A DNA stretch of 64,000 bases from Takakia lepidozioides (GCA_030704615.1 CM060732.1:59768001-59832000); one strand, 5' to 3'. Positions 39,951 through 53,076 are shown, counted from the stretch's first letter. The notes: generated from the letters alone by a model not told the origin. Numbers and translations: made by a program.

Positions 39951-40097
39951 CCTCAAACCTGCAGGTACCACTGCCAAGTTTGGGTCAACTCTGCCATCGA
40001 CATTGGGAAGGTGACATGGCGCACAATTACGCACATGGTCCTTCCAAGTCATGCTATCCCGACCCTCCAAGATCAGGACCCCTGAGGGCAACACCTC

Positions 40098-42790
40098 TCA
40101 AACCCTCAGAATAACACGCCCTGCAGTAATATCCAGAGTCGTAGGAGCAGTCTGCTGCAAATAAACATAGTCACCAGGGCTAAACCTCCGAACCCCAGGA
40201 CGATATCCTCCACCACGTATAGTGGCATACCTTAACGTATCACGGTGCTGTGCATTGGCAAGGTTCTCAAAAGCCATGGGCATGACATTCTTGAACAACT
40301 CTGCACGTTGATCACATGCACGTACCCACACGTCCGGATCATCAAGGTTAAGGACTTGAACAGTGTCCCTACGAATGGTTGTAGACAAATCCGACTCTCG
40401 GCCAAAGAGAAGGAAATATGGTGAGAAGGAGGCAAGTGATACTTGTTTGCTGAACCTCTAGCCCATGGCTAACCAAAGAACCTGAAGATCCCAATCTCCT
40501 AGGTGTCCCTTCTGCAAGCCATACTTGCGCAAACCCCTCTTCACCGTCTGAACAACTCTCTCTGCCAAGCCATCGGCCTCAGGATGATCCCGAGAAGTGG
40601 TGCGGTGGTCTATCAAGGCTTTATCACACAAAGCCTGAAACTCCCCCAAGAACTCTCTCCCTTGGTCCGTGAGTACCTCAGCTGGAGCACCAAATCGGCT
40701 AAGCACACGATCCAAGAATGCATACGCAGCCCCCTCACTAGCCTTGTCAAGCAATGGAACCAACTCAATCCACTTGGAGAAGTGCTCCACCATCACCAAC
40801 ACATATCTGTGGTGGCGCATAGTCAGTGGCAACGGTCCTGCGAAGTCAAGACTCCACCTGTAGCCCAATCCCATGATTGGTAAAAGATGCAACTGTGGTG
40901 TAGGGGCGTTGAATGAAGCACGCACCCTGTCACACACCATACACCTAGCCACGAACTGTTGCACCTCTGTATGCATACCACGCCACCAATACTGCCCCTG
41001 CAGTAAACTGTGAGTGCGTCGCACTCCAAAATGCCCCAACTCCTCATGGGCATGCCGCACTAACCGTGCACACTGTGTGGGGTGAGGCACAATCCTCACC
41101 CGACCATCCTCCCATACTCGAAGTAGGTGTATCCCCTCCCACTTAAACCTCTTGGCTCGTTGCAGGATCCGATCCCTCTCCCTGGTAGTCACAGTGGCTG
41201 CCGTGTCTCCCGTGCGGAGGTAGTCCAACACAGCCGAATCCTCATGTATATCTCTGGTACCACCTGGCTCATCACTAGCCTCAGGGTCCTCAGACACTCC
41301 GTCTACAGTCATCCCTGTTGTAGGTCCAACCTGACCTCCCGATGCCAAGATACACAAAAATGCAGATGCGTGCCATCCCGACACCATCTCCTTGTCCGTC
41401 TCACCATGCCACCGAGCTCCAGTGTCATCCTGCTGGCTCGTGCATGGATTGCGACTCAATCCATCCGCATCCCGATTGACCAAACCCGGTCGATGCACAA
41501 CCTGAAAGTCAAATTCCTTGAGTATGAGTGCCCATCGTGCAAGCTTCCCCGTAAGCTTGTCTGACTCCATCAACCACTTGAGTGGCTGGTGATCCGTGAC
41601 AAGGGTGAAAAGATTGCCGTATAGATAGCACCTGAAGTGTGCCACGGCCCACACTGCAGCTAAGCACTCTCCCTCATATGAGCTGTATTTAGCCTCTGCA
41701 GCGTTGTTCGAGCGGCTAGCATAAGCCACTACGAACTCTCTTCCCTCATCATCCACCTGTGTGAGCACCGCTCCAAGCCCCAGCATGCTCTAATCCGTAT
41801 GCAGCTGAAAAGGACGCCCCCTGATAGGTCGTCTCAGGATAGGCGCCGAGGTCAACCTCGCCTTGAGCTCTTGAAAAGCTCTTTCCTGCTCATCTTCCCA
41901 CTGTCACTCCTGGTCCACCTTGGTCAGCTTGGTTATAGCCTTTGCAATGGTACTAAATCCCTTGACAAACCGTCTATAATAGTTTGCCAACCCCATGAAA
42001 GCTCAAACTCGGCTCACATCCGTGGGGCGTGGAATTTGTGCAATGGCCTCTACCTTAGTCTGTTGTACCCCCAATCCTCCAGGGTATATCATGTGACCCA
42101 GATACTCAATCTGGTTGTGGAAAAACTTGCACTTCCCCGGATGCAACTTCAATCCGTGCGCTCTCAAGCGCTCCAATACCACCTGAAGGTGTATCTCATG
42201 CTCCTCCACCGTAACACTAAAGATGATGATGTCATCTATGTAGCACCGAGCAAAGTCTACCCCTGCTAGAATCCTATCCATGACTATCTGAAACTCTGCA
42301 GGAGCATTCTTAAGCCCAAATGGTAAGAACCGCCACTGATATAGGCAATCATTGCCGTGATCATTGATCCCCCAAAATGTCGTCTTCTGCTTGTCCGCCT
42401 CCTTGATTGGCAACTGGTGATATCCGGATCATAAATCCAAAGTGCTAAAGACCTTAGCATGCCCGATGGCATCAAAGATCTCCTCTGGTGTTGGCATGGC
42501 ATACTTATCAGACTTGGTCTGACGATTTATAGGCCGGTAATCACCGCACATACGTCTCTCCGTCCAATTGCCATAGACATCCTTCTTGGCTGGCATCACT
42601 GTGGCTGAAGCATACTCTCCACCAGAGAGCTCCACCAAACCTGCGTCCCAGAGATCTTGAGTCCTCATCTGAATCAAAAACCTCTCCATGTCACTGTATC
42701 TATAGGGTCTCCGAAAGATTGGCGTGTCAGTGGCCAACTCAATACGGATCTCTTGACCCTTCAGTGCTCCCAAGTCCTTCAAACTGAAGG
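40098..42790 (-). pseudogene. Gypsy RT, RNase H and integrase
   Basis: RMCGDYRPIN, FSTLDL*SGYHQ, LPFGLKNAP, CYIDD (RT); VAYASRS, ECLAAVWAV, TDHQPL, DADGLSR (RNase H); HEELGHFG..CMVC, WSLDFAGP, VLTDQGREF, ADGLAER (integrase). Confidence 0.95.
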
Positions 42791-43239
42791 CAAAGCAATT
42801 CCTGTAAGCCCTCAGGAACCGCCATATACGTCGTCTCTCTCCTCCGGTGACAATGGGTCCAATGTCAGGCTCCCAATTGTCCTCCGTAACTGCAACCTTA
42901 AGTCCAGTGGGCTTAGAGGTAGAGGACGCGTCCAGTGGTTGCTATGTTGCAACCTCTTGAGCAGTACTCCCTACCTGCTCAGTCAGTGACAAGGCCTCAT
43001 CCTGCCCCATCATCTCATCCTTAAGGACTTCCTCCACCCGAGAAAAATCCCCAACCTCATCTATCACCGCCACCTTTGGCTGCCAACTCCCTCTGAACCT
43101 CGAGCACCTCCCATGTGTGCCATGGATGCCTGCACCCCGTGGTCCTCACATGCTCGCCGCCACTGACTGCCTGTACCGTCTCGGTAGGCAGAGAGACCAT
43201 CAAGGGAAGTGTACTCCGCACTCTGCGTTGCTCAGCCAT

Positions 43240-44200
43240 AGCCAAGCTGATAATCCAGGTCAAGGAATTGAGATCCATTGCTTGCCCCAACACCTGACGA
43301 CATGATGCCTCAGAAAGAGATGACACCGCCGTGGTACCAGTGGTAAAACCCATTGCCCGCTCACGCTCGTCAGCATTAGGCTCCACTAACTGCTGCAACT
43401 GAGCATCCCACAGGAGGCCAGGTCCACTATCCCGGAAAGCATGCGATCCTGGGAAGCTGAGCAGTGTAGGTAATGCTGCTCGTGGTTGACCCACCTTGTT
43501 GACCACTGCCAAAGGCGAATGGTCATCATGTCTCACACGCTGAGACTGCCTCCCTGTGTCCAGAATGCTATCCACTGTGAGATGTGCTGGCCGCTGCACC
43601 CCATCAAATGCACGCTTGAGCAGTGCGGGTGGCATCAAGTTAGTCCACCATAGCTGTGGACGATGAGCCCGTGACCCCACTGTAGCTGCATCTAGCAACA
43701 CTGCTGACCCAAGCCACGACCGGACTTGATGCACACTGGCCATCACCCTGGCCCGAGAATCGCCCATCAGTGGCACATTCTCCAGGATGTATGCTGGAGA
43801 TACAGCTTGATGAAGCTGCAAGTGGCGCAAAACCCGCACCATCTCCCAAAACAGACCCGACCTCGAGTCTCGCAATCCATTGCCATGCTCGGCTGATGAA
43901 TGCCCTTGGCAGGGCCAACCTGCCACTACCAGATCAATGGAGCCAACCCGCTCCAAATCCTACGCTCCCAGCAACGAAATGTTTGCTGGCAAGGCCTGCT
44001 GATATCCACGAATTGCAGACACCGGCAACAAATCAGGGTACCGCTACACCAACTAAGCAACATGACGAAGTGAAATGCGTCATGTAGTCTCATCCCTCTC
44101 CACATACAGGTAACGCCGAACTCGTACACCTGCCTGTAACACAGCAGCCAATCCGGTGCTGATCCCGCCAAACAAGTCCAGAAGACAAATGCCTTCATCC
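43240..44200 (-). pseudogene. C5-cytosine DNA methyltransferase domain (DNMT3-like) inside gypsy pol
   Basis: One frame carries motif I LLDLFGGI (44161-44184), II YLYVERD, IV DLVVAGWPCQGHS (PCQ 43906-43914), VI YILENV (43774-43782), VIII AHRPQLWWTN, IX ERERAMGF and X LGQAMD; nonsense codons at 44080, 44053, 44044 and 43960. Confidence 0.93.
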
Positions 44201-44399
44201 GGATACTACCACACAATAGATGTGGTGTCCAATGGAGACAACTGAGGTGGTCCTGGTGCAATCCCCGCACTCTCCTCCTCTCCTGACGGTACAAAAGCCT
44301 CCACCCAGGCTTGTTGCACCCGTCGATCAGCATCCCGCTGCAAATCCTTGCTCGTGCCCACAATGGAGTCTGAGCAACCATGGTAGGCAACTCCGCCAT

Positions 44400-45226
44400 A
44401 CCATACATGTCATCCTGCTCTCCCGGAGGTGGCACATCCTCTGAATGAGCGTTGCCCTCAAGCAACTCTCTAGGCCAACTCACTGCCGCTGTGAATGCTG
44501 CTAGTGTCGGCATCTTGCCTCGCTGGGCAACCGTAACTCTTCCTATGAATATTACAGGGAGCTGCACACGCCGACCCTCCCCTGACTGCCATGCAGGCCT
44601 ATAGGAAGCTGACTCCTCCCAAAAATCCAAGGTGAAGCCCATGGGGTACAATACTGCCCCACCAACCAGGACATCGTATGAGACCGCGTCTTTCACAATG
44701 GCCTTGGTTCGCGTCACTGAGCCATCTGTAGGGTGATCCGGCCGTAGTCTGATAGCCAACTCACGCCGTGTCACATCCTCCACTCATCGATCTCAACCTC
44801 ATGCTCCCGCCTGAACTCATGGTAATCATCCATAGGCGGCCCCTCAAGGTACTGAAACAACCCCTTCCATGCCATGAAAGGCGTAAATAGTTGTGGATTG
44901 CGCATTTGCTGCAAATCACACCAACTATCAAACTCTTGGATAAAATCATCTAACTCGATGGTGCCCACCGCCCCAGAGTACCTTCGTGGCCCCTTGGTAG
45001 CTCCATACATCTCTTCCATTGTGTCCCACAATAATGGCAAGGAAACAACTTGCACCGCCGGTATGAGTCCTCCTGATTCACAATCCGAATCAGATTCTTC
45101 CGTAGAAGACACAGGAGGTGAAGGTGGCCTAAACCGCACACCTCGTCTCATGTACCCACTAGTATCGCTAGTGCTCAAACTGGCACTGTCCCCAGCAACT
45201 AGTGGCACCTCCGTGTTGACACTCAA
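44400..45226 (-). pseudogene. gag N-terminus joined by an internal deletion to the protease C-terminal half
   Basis: PRRYSG..ELDDFIQEFDSW..LEGPP (gag) switches abruptly at ~44780 to YDVLVGGAVL (retropepsin C-terminal motif); the catalytic DSG/DTG is missing. Confidence 0.7.
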
Positions 45227-45899
45227 CCGGTCATGAACATGTCCTTAACCCCCTCTCCACAAGGTAACCGGGTAGAGAACCTGTTGCGGCTTATGGTTTG
45301 GAATACTAAGTTCCTAACATAGCCTACACCTGTACCTGCATCCACCGCAAACACTCCTATGGTTGGCTGGTCATCACCTCCAACCTCACCACAGGAGAAA
45401 CAATGATGGTCTAGCTGGTCATCACCCCAGCCTCACCATCGACAGCATGCTCTAGGACTGGCCGGTGATCAAATCCGGACCAATCACTTATAAAAACAAG
45501 CGCCCACACAAAACTAGCATGGTGCACAGTCAAGCATGCAGGTATGGAGGGGATCCAAACACAAGAAATCAGAACGACAACTCCCCCACACCAAAAACAA
45601 CTCCACGGTGTTGCTCCTGCAAGGACACCCCAGCCCAAACCCGGACTGACTCTTGCCTCCACCTACGGAAAAGTCTTGGCCTAATGAGAGGGTGGAAACT
45701 ACGAGGAAGAGAAGCTAAAGCATTGCCTAACCCCAGCATGCCCTCATCCCAATACTCTTCCTCTCCTCTCTTCCCTCACTTGCATGACCATGGGAATATC
45801 ATGAAGATACTCCTCAAACCGCCCTCCACGAGCTTCAAAATTCGGCCTTCAAGACCACATGCCAGTCCTTAGGCAGTCCACCAGTGCCTCCACGAGTCA

Positions 45900-46840
45900 G
45901 CACAGGCTGTCCACAGGTCAACACGGGCCACCACAGACCAGCACAGGCCCACACAGCTCACTGGTCACAGCCGTCACAGCCCCACACAGGCCACAGCCTG
46001 TCACAGCCCTACACAGGTCACAGGGTCACAGCCCCACAGGCTGCAGCCTATCAAAGCCCGTCACAGCCCCAAAGGCCACATGTCACAGCCTGTCACAGCC
46101 CATCACAACCCCAAAGGCCACAGGCACAGCCTGTCACAGCCTACAAAGGTCACAGGGTCATAGCCCCAAAGGCCACAGCTTGTCACAGCCCCTCATAGCC
46201 CCATAGGCCACAGGGCACAGCCTATCACAGCCATAGGGCATAGCCTGTCACAGCCCCTCACAGCCCGTCACAGCCCCATAGGCCACAGGGCACAGCCTGT
46301 CACAGCCCTACACAGGTCACAAGGGTCACGGCCCCAAAGGCCACAGCCCGTCACAGCCCACCACAGCCCGTCACAGCCCGTAACAGCCCCACAGGGCACA
46401 GGGCACAGCCTGTCACAACCCCTCATAGCCCGTCACAGCCCCAGAGGCCACAGGGCACTGGGCACAGCCTGTCACAGCCCGCCACAGCCTGTCATAGCCC
46501 GTCACAGCCCCACATGCCACAGGGCACTGGGCACAGCCTGTCACAGCCCGCCACAGCCTGTCATAGCCCCTCACAGCTCGTCACAGCCCCACAGGCCACT
46601 GGGCACAGCCTGTCACAGCCCCTCACAGCCCGTCACAGCTCGCCACAGCCTATCACAGCCCGTCACAGCCCCACAGGGCACAGGGCACAGCCTGTCACAG
46701 CCCCTCATAGCCCGTCACAGCCCCACAGGCCACAGGGCACAGCCTGTCACAGCCCCTCATAGCCCGTCACAACCCCACAGGCCACTGGGCACACTTGTTA
46801 CAGCCCCTCACAGCCCATCACAGCCCCACAGGCCACTGGG
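45900..46840. repeat. Minisatellite of ~10-bp TCACAGCC(C/T)G-type units
   Basis: Dozens of GTCACAGCC, CCACAGG and GGGCACAG units with strong C/A strand bias. Confidence 0.92.
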
Positions 46841-47269
46841 CAGTTTAGCCATTTCTCCAAGGGGTTTAGCCACGCAAAGCTAGGGTTTGTGTCTCTTGGA
46901 CTCTAGGCTTCTTTGCGCCGAGCTATGGCGGCTGTGAAGAAATCAGCAAGGTATTCTTGCTCTTTCGGCTCCCACACACCACCAATAGTAGCCCTAAGCC
47001 ATGAGGAAGATGGTTGCCACAAACCAAGCCTTCTTTCTCACTTAGACTCCCCAAACACGCCACTAAACTCAATGGCAAACAACCAAGCCTTGCTGGTTTC
47101 CAGCCCTTGTGAGCACTCATTCAAGCGTTTCCCTTGGCCATAGCATCTGTCTTAGAGCCTATTCCAGCCCCCTACACCTGCCACTTCAAGAGCCATGCTC
47201 TATCTAGGCTTGAGGTCGAAACCCCAACTCAGAACACGCTCTACAAATGTCGGACTATCACATAAGAGC

Positions 47270-47680
47270 AGATCAGCCCCTTACCTTCTCTTCTAGTTCT
47301 CTAAAGCTTGAAAACAAAAGCCCAATGGACTGAAGGCATGCTCCACACATGCCCCACTCTCACCACAAGAGAATCAGCCCCTTTGCTTTCTTTCTTGCAC
47401 CCACCAACCTGAAAATACACGCTTCAGCGGGCTCGAAGCATGCTCCACACATGCCCTACAGGGAAACCAGCCCCTTCCTTCCTTTCTTGCACTCCCAAAC
47501 CTGAAAGTACAAGCCTTCAACAGGCTGAAAGCATGCTCCACATATGCATTGTTCTCACATAAGGGAAGTCAGCCCTTCCCTCTTCCTTGCTTGCCCTCCA
47601 AGCTTGAAGATGGAAGCTTCAATGAGCTGAATACATGCTCCACACATGCAACCTCTTCACACAAGAGGTATCAGCCCCCT
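47270..47680. repeat. Degenerate ~100-120-bp tandem repeat, about 4 copies
   Basis: CATGCTCCACA(C/T)ATG and CAGCCC recur at ~47337, 47439, 47532 and 47634. Confidence 0.7.
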
Positions 47681-50600
47681 ATCTTGGCTCCTTAGCTCCT
47701 TGATGCTCTCTAAGACAAGACTAAGCACTCCACAGCCCTTGCCAAGCTCCTGAAACCCTAAGGCTTACATTTCCAGCCACAAGACACTCCTCTTGTGGTG
47801 CAAGAGCTCTTCTTCCAAGCTCTGAAACCCTAGGTGCACATTCCATGGCCTTGCCGCACCTCTTAGCTCCTGTTCTAGCCCTGCTCTTGCCATGACAAGA
47901 GCCCTCTCAATGCTGAAGCTCAGAATTGAAACCCAATCTCAACATACTCCACAACGTGCACTGATTTGCCCCAAGCCAAATCAGCCCTTTCGCTTGGTCT
48001 TGCAATCCTGCAGCATGGTGCTTTCATCTCTGAAGCTGAAGATCGAATGCCAAGGTCTACCACCTCGTAACCCACATCGCCTCCGCTTCTAACAACCAAG
48101 AGCTCCATGGTGCTCCTTGCATAACAACCTAGTTTCTCTCATTCTCAAGCAAAAACCACAAGTGCTACAACTAACTCGTATTTGGCACTCACAGATACGA
48201 TCTCATCTTTCTCGAGTGATAAAAAAGAAGAATACAAGCACAAGCTCATGCGAGCTCACAAAGCTGAAGCATAAACTCATGCATATATAACCACTCAAAT
48301 ACAAGTCAAGCCAAGTGCACCCCACGCCATGGGGAATCCACACTACGGCGCCATAGCTAGGCGCGGTGAGGCTCAACTCGAGAAAGATGAGCCTCCCGCG
48401 CTTGCCGTGAAGATAACCACTCCAGGGCCTAAATCTGCCTTGACCCCTGGATTGACACTTGGGCCAATCCCAAATGTCAATATGTAAAAGCTAGTTTCAT
48501 ACTAGTGGTAGAATAACTTGACAGGATCTACACTGGGACTGATAAAAAACAATTGGAATTAAATTGGAGTATGAGGGCGGAATATAGACTACATCTATCG
48601 GAACTGTCAGATGAAGTCACAATTGCCAACCTCCACTGGGCAGTGGAGGTTGGATGATATCTGTTTGATGACATCAACCACATGGATGAACAATGGATAA
48701 TGAAGAAGCCCTCTGTAGATGAAAAAGTAATTATATGGATGGATGAATAATAATGTGGCTACTGCCCAGTGGAGGTTTGGGAGTAACTTTAGACAAACAA
48801 AAGCAAGTTTAGCTGGTGCACATGGAGAGTACACAAAAAATTGAGTATCATACTATCCTATGCGAGAAATGTGCAGTTGACACCTGAGACTAAGGAAGCA
48901 GGGAGAGACTCAGAGGCTGCTTCAGAAGTACCCTATGGGCAGAGTGGTGCAGGACATGCAAAGAGGTACACGTTGTCTAGAGAGGTGCAGGATGTTCAGA
49001 GAGGTGCGTGAGAGAAAAGAAGCAAGTGAGAGGTTCAAAGTGGGAAGTTGGTGTTGTGTGGATTCGGACGTTATCTAGAGGTGACATGTAACTTTCATCT
49101 TTGAATCGCTCCAATGGCAGTGTGGTATGCTTTCTCTCCCGGATCGATTGTGGCCACCGTGGATTAAGGCGGAATCGAACGGCTTATTTCAACTCGCGAA
49201 ATCTCGACTTCATTGAAAGTGTGCACAATTTTCCATTTATTGACAGTAGCCATTGTTACATTAATTATGGAACAAACGATAATGGCCGCGATCAGACTGA
49301 ATTCTATCGTACTTGTACGTTAGTAGGACTACAAGTCTAGCATCATTATCGTGCGGCTCTGATAGCAGACTCTGGAATAAGCGTGAAGGATGTTGATTTT
49401 GACAAGTGGCTTGGAGAAATGAAGTCAGACGGATCACCACAACTAATTCGGGACTGCACATTAACAATCGATCATTATAATTAGTTGGGAGGAATCCGGA
49501 GGTGAACCATAAAGCACTTTGAGATTTTTCTGTTTATATTTATCGTGCTGTTACAGTGAATAAAACACTTGGGCAGGGCGGGGCATTACATGCCGGCGCA
49601 TTGCATTGGACAGCGAGGGCGGTGCATCACATGTGTGCGGAATGCTCTGTCGTGCCTTGCTTGCTTGCACATGTTTAATGTAGGGATGGACCCCTCGTGT
49701 CGGGTATCCCTCGATAAATGGGCAGTCCCTATGGTGGCTCTGGACCTTAAATCGAGGAATGCCCGACACGAGGGGCCATCTACTATCCTTAAAGCCGTAT
49801 GTCTGTCAGGGAATATTGACGCCTGGCGACTAACAGCCGAAAGTAATTGTGGACAGCTCAATATGAGACAATGATTATACAGTGTGATGAATCTGTAGGT
49901 ACAGCGTTGTGTCCTCTGGCATATTGAGTTTGAAACGACTACCTAGGCGTGTCACGTGGGTGGTCACATGTGCGTTTGGGGCGTGGGTTAAGGTTTGTTG
50001 GCTTCGAATCTATTTTAAGATTTTTGTAAGCGTGAGGGTTGCAGAGTCTGACCAATGGCGTCATTACAATCATTTCGTCCTTTTTTCATTTGTCTATCCA
50101 GTCGTCTGTCCAAACGTGTGTGCATTCGTGGAACAAAAGTTGAACTAATTTCATCTGTGTGGATGAACAGTATTAATGTTAGTTTGCGTGGATGGGGCAG
50201 AACATCCATTTGGGCCGCGCTACCGTTCAATTTCGGACGGAGGTGATGGTTCAAATCATCCTTGAAGGTCGCTTATAAGGGGTGCGCTCTTTGAGCCCGG
50301 CCTTTGGGCTTCCCATTTTCTACGCGTAAGCGCTGCGCAAGTGAGAGCTTAATAGTTGAGAGAGGAGAGCGTGAAAGAGAAGAGTTTTGGAGCTCATTTT
50401 GCAGCAACTGGACACTGGAGCGTGGAGAGAAAGAGCAGACTTGGCCGAGTGCAGAGAGAGGAGAGGGTGAAAGGTGAGAGAGTGAAATAGGTGAAATTTG
50501 AAGAGCGGGGAGGAGAGACCGGACAATGGCGAGTGGAGATTGATGAGTGTAGAGGCGAGAGCACAGTGCAATTACCGGCAGGCGGAGGTGCGGAAGAGAG

Positions 50601-51646
50601 TATTAAACGAAGGATTGTGGTTGCAGGGGCACCAAAATGGCCGGCACAAGCAGGTACAACATTAAAAACTCCATCTTTTCGTCTTCTGTTTCATATTTTG
50701 TGTTGGCCCGCTCTCGATTCATGTGGCCTGTTCAAGATTCAATTCGTTTGGATCCTGCTTCATTCTCTGCTGCACTGCACTGTCTTCAGTGCTTCAGTCC
50801 GTGCTTTAGTGGACATTAGGTTTCTGTTTCATTGTTTGCTTCGTTGTTTGCTTCAATGCTGTTTCATTCTCTGACAATTCATTTCACTCCTGCTCCATTC
50901 TGTGCTTCAGTGCATTCCTGCGTCATTGCTTCACTGTTGTTTTTCAATTCACCGATGGTTTGTAGGGTGGTTTTGTGTGCAATTGGGTTTGTGTGTGCTT
51001 GTTTTGGTCGATTAGGGTAATGGTTTAGGGTGGCGGGAGATTACCGTGCTGGTTGTATTACTTGTTTTGTTCATTGTGGTGGTTTATTGAGGACAATGGT
51101 TTCGGAAATGCCCGGATGTTTATTTCTCAACCGTTTTCTTGATCCCCAAATCCAGCGTTAGTTGATGCATTTCTTCCCATTCAAATTCGATTCTGAATGG
51201 AAATTTTCATTTCTTATCCAATTATGTCGAATTCGGCAATTCTGAAAAACCACGATAGCCTAGTCTATTTGTATTCTACAGTAGACATATGCTAACAGTA
51301 AGCTTCGTGCAGGCTAGAGTAGAGTGTTCGTAGACCCATGTCATGCACATGAGCAACCAGAAACTGGAACCTCAACTGCCCAGTGGAGGTTCGCGTGAAT
51401 TCTGTATGCAGAAGCTGAAAGACATTTTTTTAAAGTAAGGACGAAATCGGATAATTACGGGAAAATTGAAATCAGTTTGAGACGATGTGGGAACGAGTGA
51501 TGGAATCATATGTGTAACATTGTAAGTGTGACACATACTTTCCAACGAGACTGGGATACGATAATTGGGAACCTCCACTACCCAGTGGAGGTTCGATATT
51601 TCTTTGGGTCAGCCAGTTACACACTCTGATTAGTTTTTATGTCAGA

Positions 51647-52300
51647 ATGAGAAAGAGGAACGAGGGTGGGGAACCAGTGTCTGACGATGAGTACAAGACA
51701 GCCAGATTAAATTGGAGCAAAAGACGGTGTTCGGTAGACGTGATGGAAGCGGACCGTCCAGATCAAAAACATGGTGTTTCGGAACCAGATGAAAAATCCA
51801 GTTGGGGGTCTACCGAGCCGAACAAAGTGTCTGTCAATGACGAAAATGTGACTGTAGAATCCCCGTGGAACGCATCCAAATCTCCGAACAATACATTTGA
51901 AGTCATCTGTAAGGATACCCTGGCGGAAATAAGAGAAAGCGTTCATGTAAACAATGATATCAACGGATCTCTTGCCTACTCCCAAGATTATCCGACATAC
52001 ACCCCTTCAGACTATTCCCCAAACACATTGGCGGCGATACGAGTGACCATTTTTGGATATCCAGCATCTCCGGGTTACTCGCCAGCATCTCCTGAATCCA
52101 TATCAGGATCTGAAGGATATTATCCTCCAAACTTCCTCCTGGACACTGAAACGAGCGGGGGAGTCCTGGAACTACTGGATGTCTCCGGATCTCTAGGATA
52201 CTCCCCTGCGTCTCCTAATAATATCACCGGATCCCCAAAATATACCCCTCCAGACTATTCGCCTGATACACTCAGAGAGATAAGAAGGAGCATTCTGTAG
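51647..52300 (+). CDS. Hypothetical protein with YSP/YTP repeats resembling the RNA Pol II CTD heptad
   Basis: YTPSDYSP, GYPASPGYSPASP, GYSPASP, YTPPDYSP; splice acceptor TTTTATGTCAG directly upstream. Confidence 0.5.
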   Translation: MRKRNEGGEPVSDDEYKTARLNWSKRRCSVDVMEADRPDQKHGVSEPDEKSSWGSTEPNKVSVNDENVTVESPWNASKSPNNTFEVICKDTLAEIRESVHVNNDINGSLAYSQDYPTYTPSDYSPNTLAAIRVTIFGYPASPGYSPASPESISGSEGYYPPNFLLDTETSGGVLELLDVSGSLGYSPASPNNITGSPKYTPPDYSPDTLREIRRSIL

Positions 52301-52622
52301 TTCTTGGGTATATAATCTAGAATCGTCTGAATATAGTGCGAGAAGTTCCTTAGTATATTTTGGACGAATTAGGTTCGAAGATTTCTATTGTAGATTAGTC
52401 CTGTTTCAGGATGATGTACTCAATGGCTCCTGAGCCTCATTTTCATTAAAGTTTTTTTCTTCAACATCTGTAAAATATGGAGGATTTCCCATTTCATGTA
52501 GAAAGACTCGTATATACGAACCTCCAATGTCCAGTGGAGGTTCTCATTTCTGGAATGATGGATGCTAGTAAGAGAGATCCTGTTATTTGATTATCTAATG
52601 AATTTGTGTTTGGTTGTAACAG

Positions 52623-53043
52623 AAGACATCCTACACCACAAGATTGTGTCCCGGGATTGATTGGAGTTAGTCTTCACATTTCAAAACTGAGCATACCGCT
52701 ATTTTTGAGCTTAACCCAGAGGGAAAACCCGATGTTGGTTTTGTTCCTGCATGAGGATGCGAGAACCCCCAGGACGTTTGGTTTTAAAGTGGAGGTGGGT
52801 CGTCTGAACAAGTCGTTGATGAGTGAATGCGTTGTATTGGGTTTTAGATTTCCAGACGAGGGCTCAGTATTTACAGACGTAGGTTTGTCGAGGGCCTGGA
52901 GTATTTTTCTGGATCTTCTGCACGCAATGGGGAACAACATTCGCAAGAAGCGAGCACTACAGGAAGCATCAAAGCCAAAGAAGGGAAAACGCAAGTCGTC
53001 GACAGCCGGCAATGATGACAATGAGGCCGGGACTTCCGCATGA
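52623..53043 (+). CDS. Hypothetical protein exon ending in a basic NLS-like tail
   Basis: Open frame after the acceptor GTAACAG; RKKR and KPKKGKRK. Confidence 0.4.
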
Positions 53044-53076
53044 AAGAAGAAACAGAAGGAGGATCAGGATCCAGCA

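Larger units (their letters stand above)
39500..48479 (-). mobile_element. Ty3/gypsy retrotransposon carrying a C5 DNA methyltransferase and a PHD finger (gag-[deletion]-PR-DNMT-RT-RH-INT-PHD), degenerate
   Basis: Domains are collinear on the - strand; putative 5' start TGACA at 48479 with a TATA-like motif near 48285; no matching 3' LTR or TSD seen, so the boundaries are approximate. Confidence 0.8.

Noticed and set aside
43057-43956. Bacterial restriction-modification methylase or contamination
   Set aside because: Collinear with gypsy protease and RT, DNMT3-like motifs, no cognate endonuclease and plant-type decay.
45859-46762. ORFs with HSLSQP/PVTAP repeats
   Set aside because: Translations of the minisatellite, open in several frames, antisense to the element.
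45900-46840. CRISPR-like array
   Set aside because: No unique spacers, eukaryotic context and no cas genes; the dispersed 24-bp palindromes are also far too irregularly spaced.
48349-48355. TGGCGCC as PBS of the DNMT element
   Set aside because: Not preceded by a terminal CA and it lies upstream of the TATA-like motif; unsupported.
49779-49810. Helitron-like 5' end (A|TCTACTATCCTTAAAG)
   Set aside because: No Rep/helicase and no matching hairpin-CTRR 3' end identified.
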